DNA of 64,000 bases from a virus: IMG/VR virus record IMGVR_UViG_3300033146_000850, positions 1 to 64,000 of that record. One strand, written 5' to 3'. Both the position numbers and the translations under genes were made by a program. Of this stretch, positions 51,079 through 60,896 are shown piece after piece. Numbering within the stretch: position 1 is the stretch's first letter; every line of letters begins with the position of its first letter. Under the pieces are notes generated by a model that searched no databases, was not told the origin of the DNA, and worked only from the letters and a program-made list of their open reading frames with translations.

Positions 51079-52140
51079 ATGAATCCAATAGAAATATATA
51101 ACGAATTATGTGAACACGTTGTGGAGCAGGATATTGCAAAAAAGAAATTATCAGTATCCATATATAACCATTATAAAAGAATAAATCATGTAGACCAAAC
51201 GGATGATGTCGTCATTAAAAAATCTAATATTCTATTATTAGGTAAAACAGGAACTGGGAAAACTCTATTAGCTGAAACATTAGCAAATATATTAGATATC
51301 CCTTTTACAATAGCTAATGCTGTTGAATTTTCTGAAAGCGGATATGTTGGTTCTGATGTTGATGATATAATTAGAGGGTTGATTCACAGTGCACAAGGCG
51401 ATATTGAACTTGCACAATATGGAATAGTATATATTGATGAAGTTGATAAAATAGCATCTTTAGGGTCTAATTTTTCAACTGGTGCGGATGTTGGTCACGA
51501 GGGTGTTCAACAAGCACTATTAAAAATGGTAGAGGGTACGGACATAAATGTTCAAATAGTTGGTGGACGAAAAAACCCATCAAACCAAACCTTACATTTT
51601 AATACTAATAAGGTTTTATTTATTGCTGGAGGTGCGTTTGTTGGGATAGAAGATATTATTACTAAACGGATTAATGGTAAATCTAATGGTAATATTATTG
51701 GTTTTGGTGATACTGGTGGTAATAGTTCATCTGATGAAAATAATGAAATATATAATGAAGTTATTAGTGATGATATAATAGAATATGGTTTAATTCCTGA
51801 GTTTGTAGGTAGATTTCCAGTAGTTGCACCATTACACGAGTTAAGTGATTCATCAATGTTAAAAATTTTAACAGAACCTAAAAATTCTTTAATAAAACAA
51901 TATCAAAAACTTTTTAAATTAGATAACGTCAAATTATCTTTTACAAAAAAAGGATTAGAAGCAATTGTTAAAAAAACAAAAAATGAAAATTTAGGGGCAA
52001 GAGGTCTTCGTAAAATATTAGAGGATGTTATGCTAGATATTATGTTTAATTATCCATCTAGTAATATTAAATCAATTAAGATAACAGAAAATGTTGTAAA
52101 TAATGGGTTTGATTTAAAAATATTTAAAAAATCAGCATAA
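51079..52140 (+). CDS. clpX: ClpX AAA+ unfoldase lacking the N-terminal zinc-binding domain
   Basis: KSNILLLGKTGTGKTLLA, GYVG, IDEVDKI, EGVQQALLK, IGF loop, PEFVGRFP, GARGLR. Confidence 0.95.
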   Translation: MNPIEIYNELCEHVVEQDIAKKKLSVSIYNHYKRINHVDQTDDVVIKKSNILLLGKTGTGKTLLAETLANILDIPFTIANAVEFSESGYVGSDVDDIIRGLIHSAQGDIELAQYGIVYIDEVDKIASLGSNFSTGADVGHEGVQQALLKMVEGTDINVQIVGGRKNPSNQTLHFNTNKVLFIAGGAFVGIEDIITKRINGKSNGNIIGFGDTGGNSSSDENNEIYNEVISDDIIEYGLIPEFVGRFPVVAPLHELSDSSMLKILTEPKNSLIKQYQKLFKLDNVKLSFTKKGLEAIVKKTKNENLGARGLRKILEDVMLDIMFNYPSSNIKSIKITENVVNNGFDLKIFKKSA

Positions 52141-52197
52141 TTTTAAAATCATTTAATGATAAAAAATTAAATGTTGTTGACCTTTTAGGAGATTGTA

Positions 52198-52767
52198 ATG
52201 GTAACTAAAAAAATAGATGAACAAACATTATTTAACGGTGTTGTTTTTGATGTTGTAAAAAAGAAATATGATGATGATGGTGAGATTTTTACTAGAGAAA
52301 TTGTAAAAACACCGGATGTTGTTCACATATTACCATTCGATAAAAATGGTAATATTTATGCAATTAGGGAGTTTAGAGGTGCAATAGATGATATGATTAT
52401 AGGTTTCCCAGCTGGTAAAATTGAGAATGGTGAATTACCTGAACTATCTGCATCAAGAGAAGTCGAGGAAGAAATTGGAATGCGTGTTGTTGATTTATAT
52501 AGTGTAAGTCCATCAATTATAACATCATCTGGGGTAATTACAGAAAAAGGGTATTATTATTTTGCATTAGTTGAGGATATAAAAGATGAAGATAGGGAAC
52601 ATTTTCCTGATGTTGATGAGAAAATAGAGGTATTAAAAATGTCAGATTATGAATTTGGAGAGTTAATACACGAAAAAATTAAAAATCAGGAATCTATTGA
52701 GTTAAAAACTATGTTTTTATGGACGGTATATATTGTAAAACAACAAAATAATAATCTTACTAAATAA
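52198..52767 (+). CDS. Nudix hydrolase (ADP-ribose pyrophosphatase-like)
   Basis: Nudix box GKIENGELPELSASREVEEEIG. Confidence 0.9.
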   Translation: MVTKKIDEQTLFNGVVFDVVKKKYDDDGEIFTREIVKTPDVVHILPFDKNGNIYAIREFRGAIDDMIIGFPAGKIENGELPELSASREVEEEIGMRVVDLYSVSPSIITSSGVITEKGYYYFALVEDIKDEDREHFPDVDEKIEVLKMSDYEFGELIHEKIKNQESIELKTMFLWTVYIVKQQNNNLTK

Positions 52768-52779
52768 GGAGGTATTAAG

Positions 52780-53286
52780 TTGAAGAAACATACTATATTT
52801 ATATATGGGAATTGTTTGAGAGGGATGGATAATAATGTTATGTTAGGTGAAACATCTAAATATCTTGGTAATGACATTATAATAGGATGGGGATTAATTG
52901 ATATTCAGAATTATCCTTTAGCCATAGAGGCTAGATTTCCTAGACATAAAACGCATATTAGGGTTGAAACATATGAGATTGATTCAAAAGTGTTAAAAAA
53001 ATTAGAAAAATATTTCAATTTTCCTAAAATGTATGATAAAAAAATTGTTGTTAGTAAGAAGAATATTAAAGGGTTGATTTTTTATGGGAATGATAGGAAA
53101 TCAACATTACAAGGTACAGGGATACCAGTTCCTGATGGTGATTGGAGAACGTACTCGAAAGTTAAAAATAATAGGCTTGAATTGAAGGAAAAAAGAAAGA
53201 AAAGAAGACAGGATACAGATGAAAATGAGCAACAAGCTCAAAATAATAATAATATAATTAATGGAGAAAAAAATGAAAAACGGTAA
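52780..53286 (+). CDS. Gamma-glutamylcyclotransferase/AIG2-like protein
   Basis: IFIYGNCLRG, YP, ETYEID, GDWR; TTG start with AGGAGG. Confidence 0.7.
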   Translation: MKKHTIFIYGNCLRGMDNNVMLGETSKYLGNDIIIGWGLIDIQNYPLAIEARFPRHKTHIRVETYEIDSKVLKKLEKYFNFPKMYDKKIVVSKKNIKGLIFYGNDRKSTLQGTGIPVPDGDWRTYSKVKNNRLELKEKRKKRRQDTDENEQQAQNNNNIINGEKNEKR

Positions 53287-53671
53287 AATTTACATTGGAA
53301 CTACTTTGAATGCTAATTACATTGGAGTTTATAACTCTAAAAATAAAAGTTTAGATGAAGTATGGAGTATTAATACTAAGGGGCATCAAATTCAAATCGC
53401 ACCAGGTAACCATCCAGTATTTCTACAAAAAAAATTCGAGGATACTCTAATTGATATTTCTATTAAAGTTGATAGTTTTTTATACACAACCGACCCTGAT
53501 AAACTAAAATTAGGTGATGAATTTATTAAAATATATAAAGAAGCTAAGACTGGATTATTACTAACTAATCCAGACGAATCACTTGAAAATAAAGAATTAG
53601 CCGACAAACTTAGGAAGAAAATAGAAAAAGCTGAAAATAATTCAAAATCAAAATTAATAATTCAAAACTAG
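53273..53671 (+). CDS. Hypothetical protein
   Basis: GGAG RBS, in operon. Confidence 0.65.
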   Translation: MKNGKIYIGTTLNANYIGVYNSKNKSLDEVWSINTKGHQIQIAPGNHPVFLQKKFEDTLIDISIKVDSFLYTTDPDKLKLGDEFIKIYKEAKTGLLLTNPDESLENKELADKLRKKIEKAENNSKSKLIIQN

Positions 53672-53689
53672 AAAAACGGAGTTTAAAAA

Positions 53690-54634
53690 ATGTCAGAATT
53701 TAATTTTAATCACGAATTTAAAGGTGTATGGGCTGAAAAATATAGACCTGATAGTATATCTGAAACTATTTTACCAAATAGATTAAAGAGACAATTTCAG
53801 AAATATATTGATGATGGCTCAATTCCAAATTTGTTATTAATATCACCATCCCCAGGGACTGGAAAAACAACTATTGCAAAAATAATTATAAAAGAATTAA
53901 ATGCTTGCGAATTAGGTTTAAATGGTTCTCAAGATAATGGTATCGATATTGTTAGAGGTCCTATAACTAGATTTGTACGAAATGATTCTATGACAGGTAG
54001 TAAAATTGTTTTTATAGATGAAGCCGATGGATTAACACTCAAGGCTCAACAATCATTAAAATCATTTATTGAGGATAATATTGAGAGAGTTAGATTTATA
54101 ATGACTGCAAATGATGAGTATGAATTTATCGATGCGATAATGTCTAGATTTCAAAAAATACACTTCAATATTGATAATGATGAATATCAAGAAATGGTTA
54201 ATTTATTTACGAACCGAGTTTTAAATATATTAAAAAAAGAAAGTATTAAACACGACCCCAAAGCAGTATTTCAAACTGTGAAAAATTCATTTCCTGATTA
54301 TAGAGAAGTTTGGCAAAACCTTGAATCGACATATAATTCATATGGAGAAATAACCAAAGGTAATACTGTATCTAAAAAGGCAATTTTAAAAATGATAGAA
54401 GCTATAAACACCAAAGATTTGTCAAAAATTAGAAGTGCTATGACCACAACCAAGAATATCAACTATAATAATATATATAGTAAATTATTAGAGCACGTTG
54501 ATTCATTTGACGGATATAGTATGGATAATATTCTATTTACAATTGCTGATTGGAATTATAAAAATAAATTTGTTGCTGATAAATTTTTAAATTTTTTAGG
54601 AATGTGTGCTGATATGATACAGCATTCTGATTGA
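53690..54634 (+). CDS. 44: T4 gp44 clamp-loader ATPase subunit
   Basis: WAEKYRP, SPSPGTGKTT, GIDIVR, IDEAD, FIMTAN, SRF, FPDYR. Confidence 0.95.
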   Translation: MSEFNFNHEFKGVWAEKYRPDSISETILPNRLKRQFQKYIDDGSIPNLLLISPSPGTGKTTIAKIIIKELNACELGLNGSQDNGIDIVRGPITRFVRNDSMTGSKIVFIDEADGLTLKAQQSLKSFIEDNIERVRFIMTANDEYEFIDAIMSRFQKIHFNIDNDEYQEMVNLFTNRVLNILKKESIKHDPKAVFQTVKNSFPDYREVWQNLESTYNSYGEITKGNTVSKKAILKMIEAINTKDLSKIRSAMTTTKNINYNNIYSKLLEHVDSFDGYSMDNILFTIADWNYKNKFVADKFLNFLGMCADMIQHSD

Positions 54635-54644
54635 GGAGAATAAA

Positions 54645-55151
54645 TTGTTTAATATTGATGATAATGGAAAAATTATTATTTCAGATAATAATAATGATGA
54701 CAAAAATGAAATAGATGATGTATCCGATGTGAAACCAAAAATGAATTTATTTACAGATATCCTAAATAATATCTCTAATGGTGAAAGTAAATTATCCTGG
54801 GATGAAATGGAAAAATCATATAATCCATATGTTATTAATAGATGTCTAGTTCGTAATGATGCCTTTGTTAATATTGCGTGTAAGTTAAATATATTTGCAT
54901 CTAAAATTGAGGATAAGCAACATTATGATATTTTGTTTGATTATATCAAACCAAAAAAATATAGATATTTAAAATATTTATCACAAAATGAATTTGAGAA
55001 AGATATTGTTAAAATATCTAAATTTTTTAAAATTAATAAATATCATATTGAAGAGTATTTAAAGCTTATGGATAAAAATGATATTAAGGGTATTATAAAA
55101 AAAATTGATAGTTTAACTAAATCCCCTACTAAAAAAATCCTAAAGCGATAA
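54645..55151 (+). CDS. 62: T4 gp62 clamp-loader small subunit
   Basis: YNPYVINRCL, QHYDIL; directly after gp44. Confidence 0.85.
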   Translation: MFNIDDNGKIIISDNNNDDKNEIDDVSDVKPKMNLFTDILNNISNGESKLSWDEMEKSYNPYVINRCLVRNDAFVNIACKLNIFASKIEDKQHYDILFDYIKPKKYRYLKYLSQNEFEKDIVKISKFFKINKYHIEEYLKLMDKNDIKGIIKKIDSLTKSPTKKILKR

Positions 55152-55184
55152 ATAATTATATATTATTAGTTTAAGGGGATTATT

Positions 55185-55616
55185 ATGGACGATTCACACA
55201 GTAAATTTTTTAAAACTATACCAGCTCATATGTTAAAAGAATTAATATATGAATTTATTGAGGTCGATTTGAAATTATCATTTAATATAATTCGGGAAAC
55301 TTTGGCTAGAATTGGTGATGTTGAAGGTGATACACTATATCAATTATCTCATATTTTATTTAAAAAAAACAAATATTATATAGTTCATTATAAACAGTTG
55401 TATAAGTTAGATGGTCAAGATATTAATATCGAAACATCGGATATTAATAAGCTATATAAAATTGTTTCATTACTATATAAATGGGGATTTATAGATATTA
55501 AAAACGATAGAGATTTATTAAATGCAAATAAAAATGAATCAATATATGTCAATATAGCAAAGATGTCTAACGTTAAAAATGGTTCAATCAAACTTCAAAA
55601 AAAATATAATTTATAA
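55185..55616 (+). CDS. regA: RegA translational repressor
   Basis: FNIIRETLARIG, LYQLSHIL, YYIVHYKQLYKLDG, LLYKWG; follows gp62. Confidence 0.92.
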   Translation: MDDSHSKFFKTIPAHMLKELIYEFIEVDLKLSFNIIRETLARIGDVEGDTLYQLSHILFKKNKYYIVHYKQLYKLDGQDINIETSDINKLYKIVSLLYKWGFIDIKNDRDLLNANKNESIYVNIAKMSNVKNGSIKLQKKYNL

Positions 55617-55684
55617 AAAAAACTTGATTTTTAAATAAAAATAGCTATAATTAAACTGATTGATAATTGAACTGGGGTTTTATT

Positions 55685-56098
55685 ATGAAGAGAAGTCGAT
55701 ATGGAGTTTATAAAGTGTTTAATTATAAAAACACTTTAAATAAAAACTTTTACAAAAAAGATACCAAAAATGGAACTCATCCTTGGTTTTTTGAGCCAGA
55801 TAATTATAAGAAAAAAGAACCGTGTTCATATGGATATGCAACAATTGATGATGCATTACAAGAGGCTAACGTTTGGGAATGTGAGTTCCTATTAAAATAT
55901 AATAGATTAAAATTAAAAAAAACATTATCGATGTATGATGAGATACGTAGAAAAGATAAAGATAAACTTATAAGTAAAGATTCGTTATATGATAGAGAAA
56001 TGTTGAATAATTTCTATATAACATTATCTCAATTGATAAAATTCTATGATGAGAAAATTATAGAATTACTAGAATGGAAAGATACATTAGAATGTTAA
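55685..56098 (+). CDS. Hypothetical protein
   Basis: ORF downstream of a TTGATT..TATAAT promoter-like sequence at 55624-55651. Confidence 0.6.
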   Translation: MKRSRYGVYKVFNYKNTLNKNFYKKDTKNGTHPWFFEPDNYKKKEPCSYGYATIDDALQEANVWECEFLLKYNRLKLKKTLSMYDEIRRKDKDKLISKDSLYDREMLNNFYITLSQLIKFYDEKIIELLEWKDTLEC

Positions 56099-56163
56099 TT
56101 ATGAAGTTTAAATATAATCCTACTAAATATATATGTGATATTATATATTTAATGGAGAATTTA

Positions 56164-56742
56164 ATGAGTTATAATTACATTGTTAGTATAGATGCTAGTA
56201 TTCAATCAAGCGGTGTTAGTATATACAACACTAAAACTAAAACTACTATATTATACACGTATAGTAATAAAGTAAAAGAAGATTTTGAATTTGAAGTTGC
56301 GGAGTTTAAATTAATAGCCGAGGCACAACCTAAAAAGTTTAAGACTTTGGATTATTTTATTAGGTATACTAAGATAGCAGATAGAATATATGAGTTTATA
56401 AGCAACAATATAGACGATAGTGCGATTTTTTTTATGGAGGGGTATGCATTTGCTGCTAAAGGTAAAATGTTTAATATAGGCGAATTTGGAGGGTTAATTA
56501 AACGTCATATATATGATGATAATTATCCATTAAAAGAGATTGCTCCATCCGAGTGGAAAAAACGTATTATAGGGTCAGGGTCAGCAAAAAAAGAGGTGAT
56601 TTATAATTCAATGTTAAGGGAGAGTGTTGGTGAGGTACTTGCTGAATTGGTAGCTAGAGGTTATCCGTGGAAAAAACATAGTTGGGTTGAAGATATTGCT
56701 GATGTATATGCAATTCAAAAATGTGCAATGTTTTTAACTTGA
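56164..56742 (+). CDS. RuvC-like Holliday junction resolvase
   Basis: SIDASIQSSG, FMEGYAF, IGEFGG.IK, APSEWKK..GSGSAKK, DIADVYAI. Confidence 0.85.
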   Translation: MSYNYIVSIDASIQSSGVSIYNTKTKTTILYTYSNKVKEDFEFEVAEFKLIAEAQPKKFKTLDYFIRYTKIADRIYEFISNNIDDSAIFFMEGYAFAAKGKMFNIGEFGGLIKRHIYDDNYPLKEIAPSEWKKRIIGSGSAKKEVIYNSMLRESVGEVLAELVARGYPWKKHSWVEDIADVYAIQKCAMFLT

Positions 56743-56791
56743 TGATTGTTCATATTATAAAGTTTTATTGATTACTTACTGGAGGGTTATT

Positions 56792-56893
56792 ATGTCAGAT
56801 GTTAAATGTGTCGATTGTAGTTTTTTTGTTGGTTCGGTATGTATAGCCAGCAGTTGTCCGTATGGTAAATTTATAAAAAAAAGAGGTGAATGA
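56792..56893 (+). CDS. 33-aa Cys-rich peptide (not in ORF track)
   Basis: GGAGGG RBS; MSDVKCVDCSFFVGSVCIASSCPYGKFIKKRGE; stop abuts the next ATG. Confidence 0.6.
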   Translation: MSDVKCVDCSFFVGSVCIASSCPYGKFIKKRGE

Positions 56894-57784
56894 ATGACAA
56901 AATTGAATAATCATGAACGTAAATTATTGAATGATAATATGCACATTATTAAAATTTTCATAAATACAAACTATAAAAAAATACCACGAGAATTTAAGAC
57001 TGAACTATATTCACAAGGGTATCTAGAGGTATGCTCTAAGATACATAGCTATGACCCTGAAAAAAGTGCATTTAACACCTTTGTATACGCAATATTAACT
57101 CCAGCAATTAGAAATTATTATAATAGAGTATTATTGGGGTCAGTTTCAACGACAAGAGTAGATAAGATGACTGATGAGCAATTGGAAAATAAAAAGAAAA
57201 AAGAACAATTATATGCTGAACAATATTCTAAATATTTAAGTGATTTGAACAAATGGGAATCTGATAAAAACAATCAAAAAAATAATGATAAACCTACACC
57301 ACCAAAAAAACAATCATATAATATAACATTTATACCTAATAATGTTGAGTATAATGATGAATATTTATCTAAAACAAACAATATCAACCCTCAAGATTAC
57401 ATTAAGAGTGATATGTTAAATTCTATAAATAATATCATTAATACTTATAATCCAGTAAAAAAAATATTCTGTAAAAAGGTATTACTTCAAGGTGAAAGTT
57501 CAGGACAAGTTACTACAATGATAAATAATAAGATACAAAAAATAGCATCAACAATTGAACATACTTTAAAAATTATAGATTCTATTGACGTTGATAGAGA
57601 GTATATTGTAAAAAAATATGCAAATTCTAATTGTGAAATAACTAAAGAGTTTTGTCGTAGGATTGCATCTGATAAAAATAAAACAATACAATCTGTAAAA
57701 CAAGAATTACACGCTAGAGTTGGAAAATATTATAAAGATATAATTATTAACGATATTAAATTTAAATTACGTGAAAAAAAATAA
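56894..57784 (+). CDS. Sigma70-family-like protein (region 2 recognisable)
   Basis: ELYSQGYLEV...YDPEKSAFNTFVY..I..AIRNY. Confidence 0.7.
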   Translation: MTKLNNHERKLLNDNMHIIKIFINTNYKKIPREFKTELYSQGYLEVCSKIHSYDPEKSAFNTFVYAILTPAIRNYYNRVLLGSVSTTRVDKMTDEQLENKKKKEQLYAEQYSKYLSDLNKWESDKNNQKNNDKPTPPKKQSYNITFIPNNVEYNDEYLSKTNNINPQDYIKSDMLNSINNIINTYNPVKKIFCKKVLLQGESSGQVTTMINNKIQKIASTIEHTLKIIDSIDVDREYIVKKYANSNCEITKEFCRRIASDKNKTIQSVKQELHARVGKYYKDIIINDIKFKLREKK

Positions 57785-57794
57785 AATTATTTTT

Positions 57795-58301
57795 TTATAT
57801 TAAAGACTCGGTAGCAATTATATCACCATCAGTAGCAATTACATCAACATCAGTAGCAATTACATCGCTATCAGTAACCACAGCATCAACATCAGTAATT
57901 ACTGCATCACTATCTGTAACTACTGCATCACTATCTGTAACTACGGCATCACTATCTGTAACTACGGCATCACTATCAGTAACCACAGCATCAACATCAG
58001 TAATTACTGCATCACTATCAGTAACCACTGCATCACTATCAGTAACTATAACATCACCGTCAGTAACTATAGCATCACCATCAGTAACCACAGCATCAAT
58101 ATCAGTAACCACGGCATCACCATCGGTAGCCATAACATCACCGTCAGTAACTATAACATCACCATCGGTAACCACAGCATCACCATCGGTAGCCATAACA
58201 TCACAATCACATTTTTTGGAAACATCACTATTTTTTTTAATGCAACCAATAATAGCAAATTGAATAATCATAACGAATAACATTGTTTTAAAAATTTTCA
58301 T
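57795..58301 (-). CDS. Predicted lipoprotein made of 7-aa TD[G/S/V]DAVV repeats
   Basis: Signal peptide MKIFK...AIIGC; about 18 repeats; minus-strand TATAAATA at 58336-58343. Confidence 0.75.
   Translation of the reverse strand: MKIFKTMLFVMIIQFAIIGCIKKNSDVSKKCDCDVMATDGDAVVTDGDVIVTDGDVMATDGDAVVTDIDAVVTDGDAIVTDGDVIVTDSDAVVTDSDAVITDVDAVVTDSDAVVTDSDAVVTDSDAVVTDSDAVITDVDAVVTDSDVIATDVDVIATDGDIIATESLI
57810..58205. repeat. 21-nt coding tandem repeat
   Basis: catcac/aatcagtaacc units at a 21-nt period. Confidence 0.9.
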
Positions 58302-58396
58302 AATCAACCTCTTATAATTTTATTAATAACAAATATATTTATAACTTTATAAATTATATGAAAAATATGATATGTTTTGATGATAGATATGATAGT

Positions 58397-58588
58397 TTAA
58401 AAAATAATATATTTTCCTAAACTTGTTCTGAATAACATTTTATATTCTTTATTAAATTTTTCTGGATTAAATTTTAATCTAGTTTGATTACAACAATATC
58501 TTCTAGCCTCATTGATATCATCAAATTCTTTAATTAATCTAATCTTCATAATCTTATTATCCCAATATTTTTTAACAACGTAAAACAT
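58397..58588 (-). CDS. Small hypothetical protein
   Basis: 63-aa ORF co-oriented after rnh. Confidence 0.55.
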   Translation of the reverse strand: MFYVVKKYWDNKIMKIRLIKEFDDINEARRYCCNQTRLKFNPEKFNKEYKMLFRTSLGKYIIF

Positions 58589-58592
58589 ATAA

Positions 58593-59600
58593 TTACCTAT
58601 TTTTTAAAAAACTCATAATTCCACCATCTTCAATATTATCATCAAATTTGAAAAATTTATTGAAGTCCTCAATCCTACTAGTTAATGTTCTCATATCTCT
58701 ACTTATAAAGTATTGTAATAATTGTAATTCCCCCTTTTTAGATATTTCTTTTCTATTACGTTCATATAATTCTAAAATATCTACTTTAATTTGTTTGGGT
58801 GTTTTACGTAAATCGACTAGTTGTCTATTTCTATCAAAATTTTTAAGTAAATCTTCTTTTGATATTACTAAATCCATTTTTTTAGTTTCTTTATTTTTAC
58901 GATATAAATCTACTAATAACTCATCTTTAACACTATTATTAGTGATATGCTCCCATATTTTATCACTTCTCCACATTGTTATTTGTTTCTTGTCTGGGTT
59001 AATAAAGGTATCTAAATCAGTAGTTTTAACATTTAATACATCATCCCCATCATCACCTTTGAGTATTAGCCACATTAATTCATTTTTATAATTCAATGTT
59101 TTTATTTCTTTTTTATCTTTATGATTATACAATTTAACACGGCTATCAAACTGTAATTGTTTAAAGTCTTTATCATTGGATGCTATTATAATATCTTCAT
59201 TTGGTCTAGTTCTATAAAAATAATACGTTAATGTCCCAATAACATCATCACCCTCGGCTCTATCTATTTTGATAAAATTAAATGGGAATAAATCCATCAA
59301 CTCTTTTTCAAATTCATCCATATATCCCCAAAATTCATTCCACGGAAATCCATCATCCTTCCTACGCAATTTACGTCTAGCTTTATAATAGGGGTGAATA
59401 TCTTTTCTCCAATTATTTTTAGAATCAGCACATAATATAATTTCACGATGTTTTTTATATTTTTTTGCAACGAATAATATATGTGTTAATATTCTATGTT
59501 TTAAAAAATTAATATTTTTATCTATACCATCTTTTATAATATCTTGTTTTAGTGTATAGATATTATTATGTATTATTTGTGAAAAATCAAATAGTATCAT
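58593..59600 (-). CDS. rnh: T4 RNase H (5'-3' exonuclease/flap nuclease)
   Basis: ILFDFSQI, NWRKDIHPYYKARR, EGDDVIG, SNDKDFKQLQ, KGDDGD, RNRQLVDL. Confidence 0.93.
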   Translation of the reverse strand: MILFDFSQIIHNNIYTLKQDIIKDGIDKNINFLKHRILTHILFVAKKYKKHREIILCADSKNNWRKDIHPYYKARRKLRRKDDGFPWNEFWGYMDEFEKELMDLFPFNFIKIDRAEGDDVIGTLTYYFYRTRPNEDIIIASNDKDFKQLQFDSRVKLYNHKDKKEIKTLNYKNELMWLILKGDDGDDVLNVKTTDLDTFINPDKKQITMWRSDKIWEHITNNSVKDELLVDLYRKNKETKKMDLVISKEDLLKNFDRNRQLVDLRKTPKQIKVDILELYERNRKEISKKGELQLLQYFISRDMRTLTSRIEDFNKFFKFDDNIEDGGIMSFLKNR

Positions 59601-59615
59601 TATTACCTCTTTTAT

Positions 59616-60770
59616 TTAAATTAATCGTTCATCTATCCAATTATGAGATTTTGTGATTAAATCCTCAAATTTTTCAATTAAAAGTTGAGGAAACAAACTA
59701 CGATGCTCCTTTAAAAATGATTCAAGAATATTAACAGGTAATAATTCTAGTTTCTTATCAATCATTGTTTCATAATGCTCTTGATATTTATTAGATTTTG
59801 AAAGTATTGAAAATAAATGCTCATCATTAATAAAAACTTGATTTGATGCATCCATATCATATAAAATGACCTTTGGTGTATTAGAAGACACTGGTATGCT
59901 ATCTTTACCGTATTGGTCTTTAAATATATCATAAACTTTATTATATATGTGTGTACCATTAACCGTAGAATTATTTTCATAATACCTAAAATCATTAATT
60001 TTATTATATATACCATTAGATATTATTTCATGATATTCTTCGATATCATCAAAACAATTTGATGCATTATTCCACATTTTCCCAGCAACCCATTGTAAAT
60101 CAAACGTTTTAACTGACCGTCTATCCCTATCTAATGCTATTTCACTGGGGATTATATTATATCCATATTGAAAATTGTTTTTGGACTCATCCGATACAAA
60201 TAACCCATTAATATATATTTTACTCTTATATTTTTCATCTAATAAAATTTCACCATATATAGTCTTATAACTATTCTTATCAGTATCACTTATATATCTA
60301 TCTTGGAATATTGCATATTCTTGTTCTGTAATTCCTTCTATAACAAATTGTAAATCATTATTCATAGGTTCTTTATAATTATCAATATCTATAACTAATA
60401 TATCACAACCATATTTTTTTGATTTTTTTATTCTTGGAATCCATTGCTCTGAATTATTAATTATAGTAACTTTTTTACCGAGTCTAGTCAATATTAATAA
60501 TGATAACTTATATCCCTCTCCATATTGACCTATTAAATTTTCATCATTAGCCTTACTTGTTTCACCTAATAATAACGTTTTTATTGGTAGAGTAGTGTTC
60601 ATATTTCCAATATATAAAATACCATCTTCATATTTGTGAATTATTTTATATTTTTGACTATCCTCCTGACATCTATCTATTACATTTTGTTGTAACTCTC
60701 GTAATGCTTCCCATACCCCCCAAGTTGGAACATAACTTGGGGACATTGTAATTTCAAATTCCCTACTCAT
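59616..60770 (-). CDS. GHKL/HATPase_c-type ATP-binding phage protein
   Basis: EALRELQQNVID, LLLGETSK, IGQYGEGYKL. Confidence 0.75.
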   Translation of the reverse strand: MSREFEITMSPSYVPTWGVWEALRELQQNVIDRCQEDSQKYKIIHKYEDGILYIGNMNTTLPIKTLLLGETSKANDENLIGQYGEGYKLSLLILTRLGKKVTIINNSEQWIPRIKKSKKYGCDILVIDIDNYKEPMNNDLQFVIEGITEQEYAIFQDRYISDTDKNSYKTIYGEILLDEKYKSKIYINGLFVSDESKNNFQYGYNIIPSEIALDRDRRSVKTFDLQWVAGKMWNNASNCFDDIEEYHEIISNGIYNKINDFRYYENNSTVNGTHIYNKVYDIFKDQYGKDSIPVSSNTPKVILYDMDASNQVFINDEHLFSILSKSNKYQEHYETMIDKKLELLPVNILESFLKEHRSLFPQLLIEKFEDLITKSHNWIDERLI

Positions 60771-60854
60771 AACTTACTCTCCTTTTTTATTTGTTGAGTT
60801 ACCTTTAATTTCAAAACTCATAATATCCTCCAAACATAAACATCTAACGAAAAC

Positions 60855-60883
60855 ATAATATCATAATTAAACATATATGTCAA
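60855..60883 (-). promoter_or_regulatory. sigma70-type promoter
   Basis: TTGACA-17 nt-TATTAT with TG extension on the minus strand. Confidence 0.7.
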
Positions 60884-60896
60884 GTTTTATTTAATT

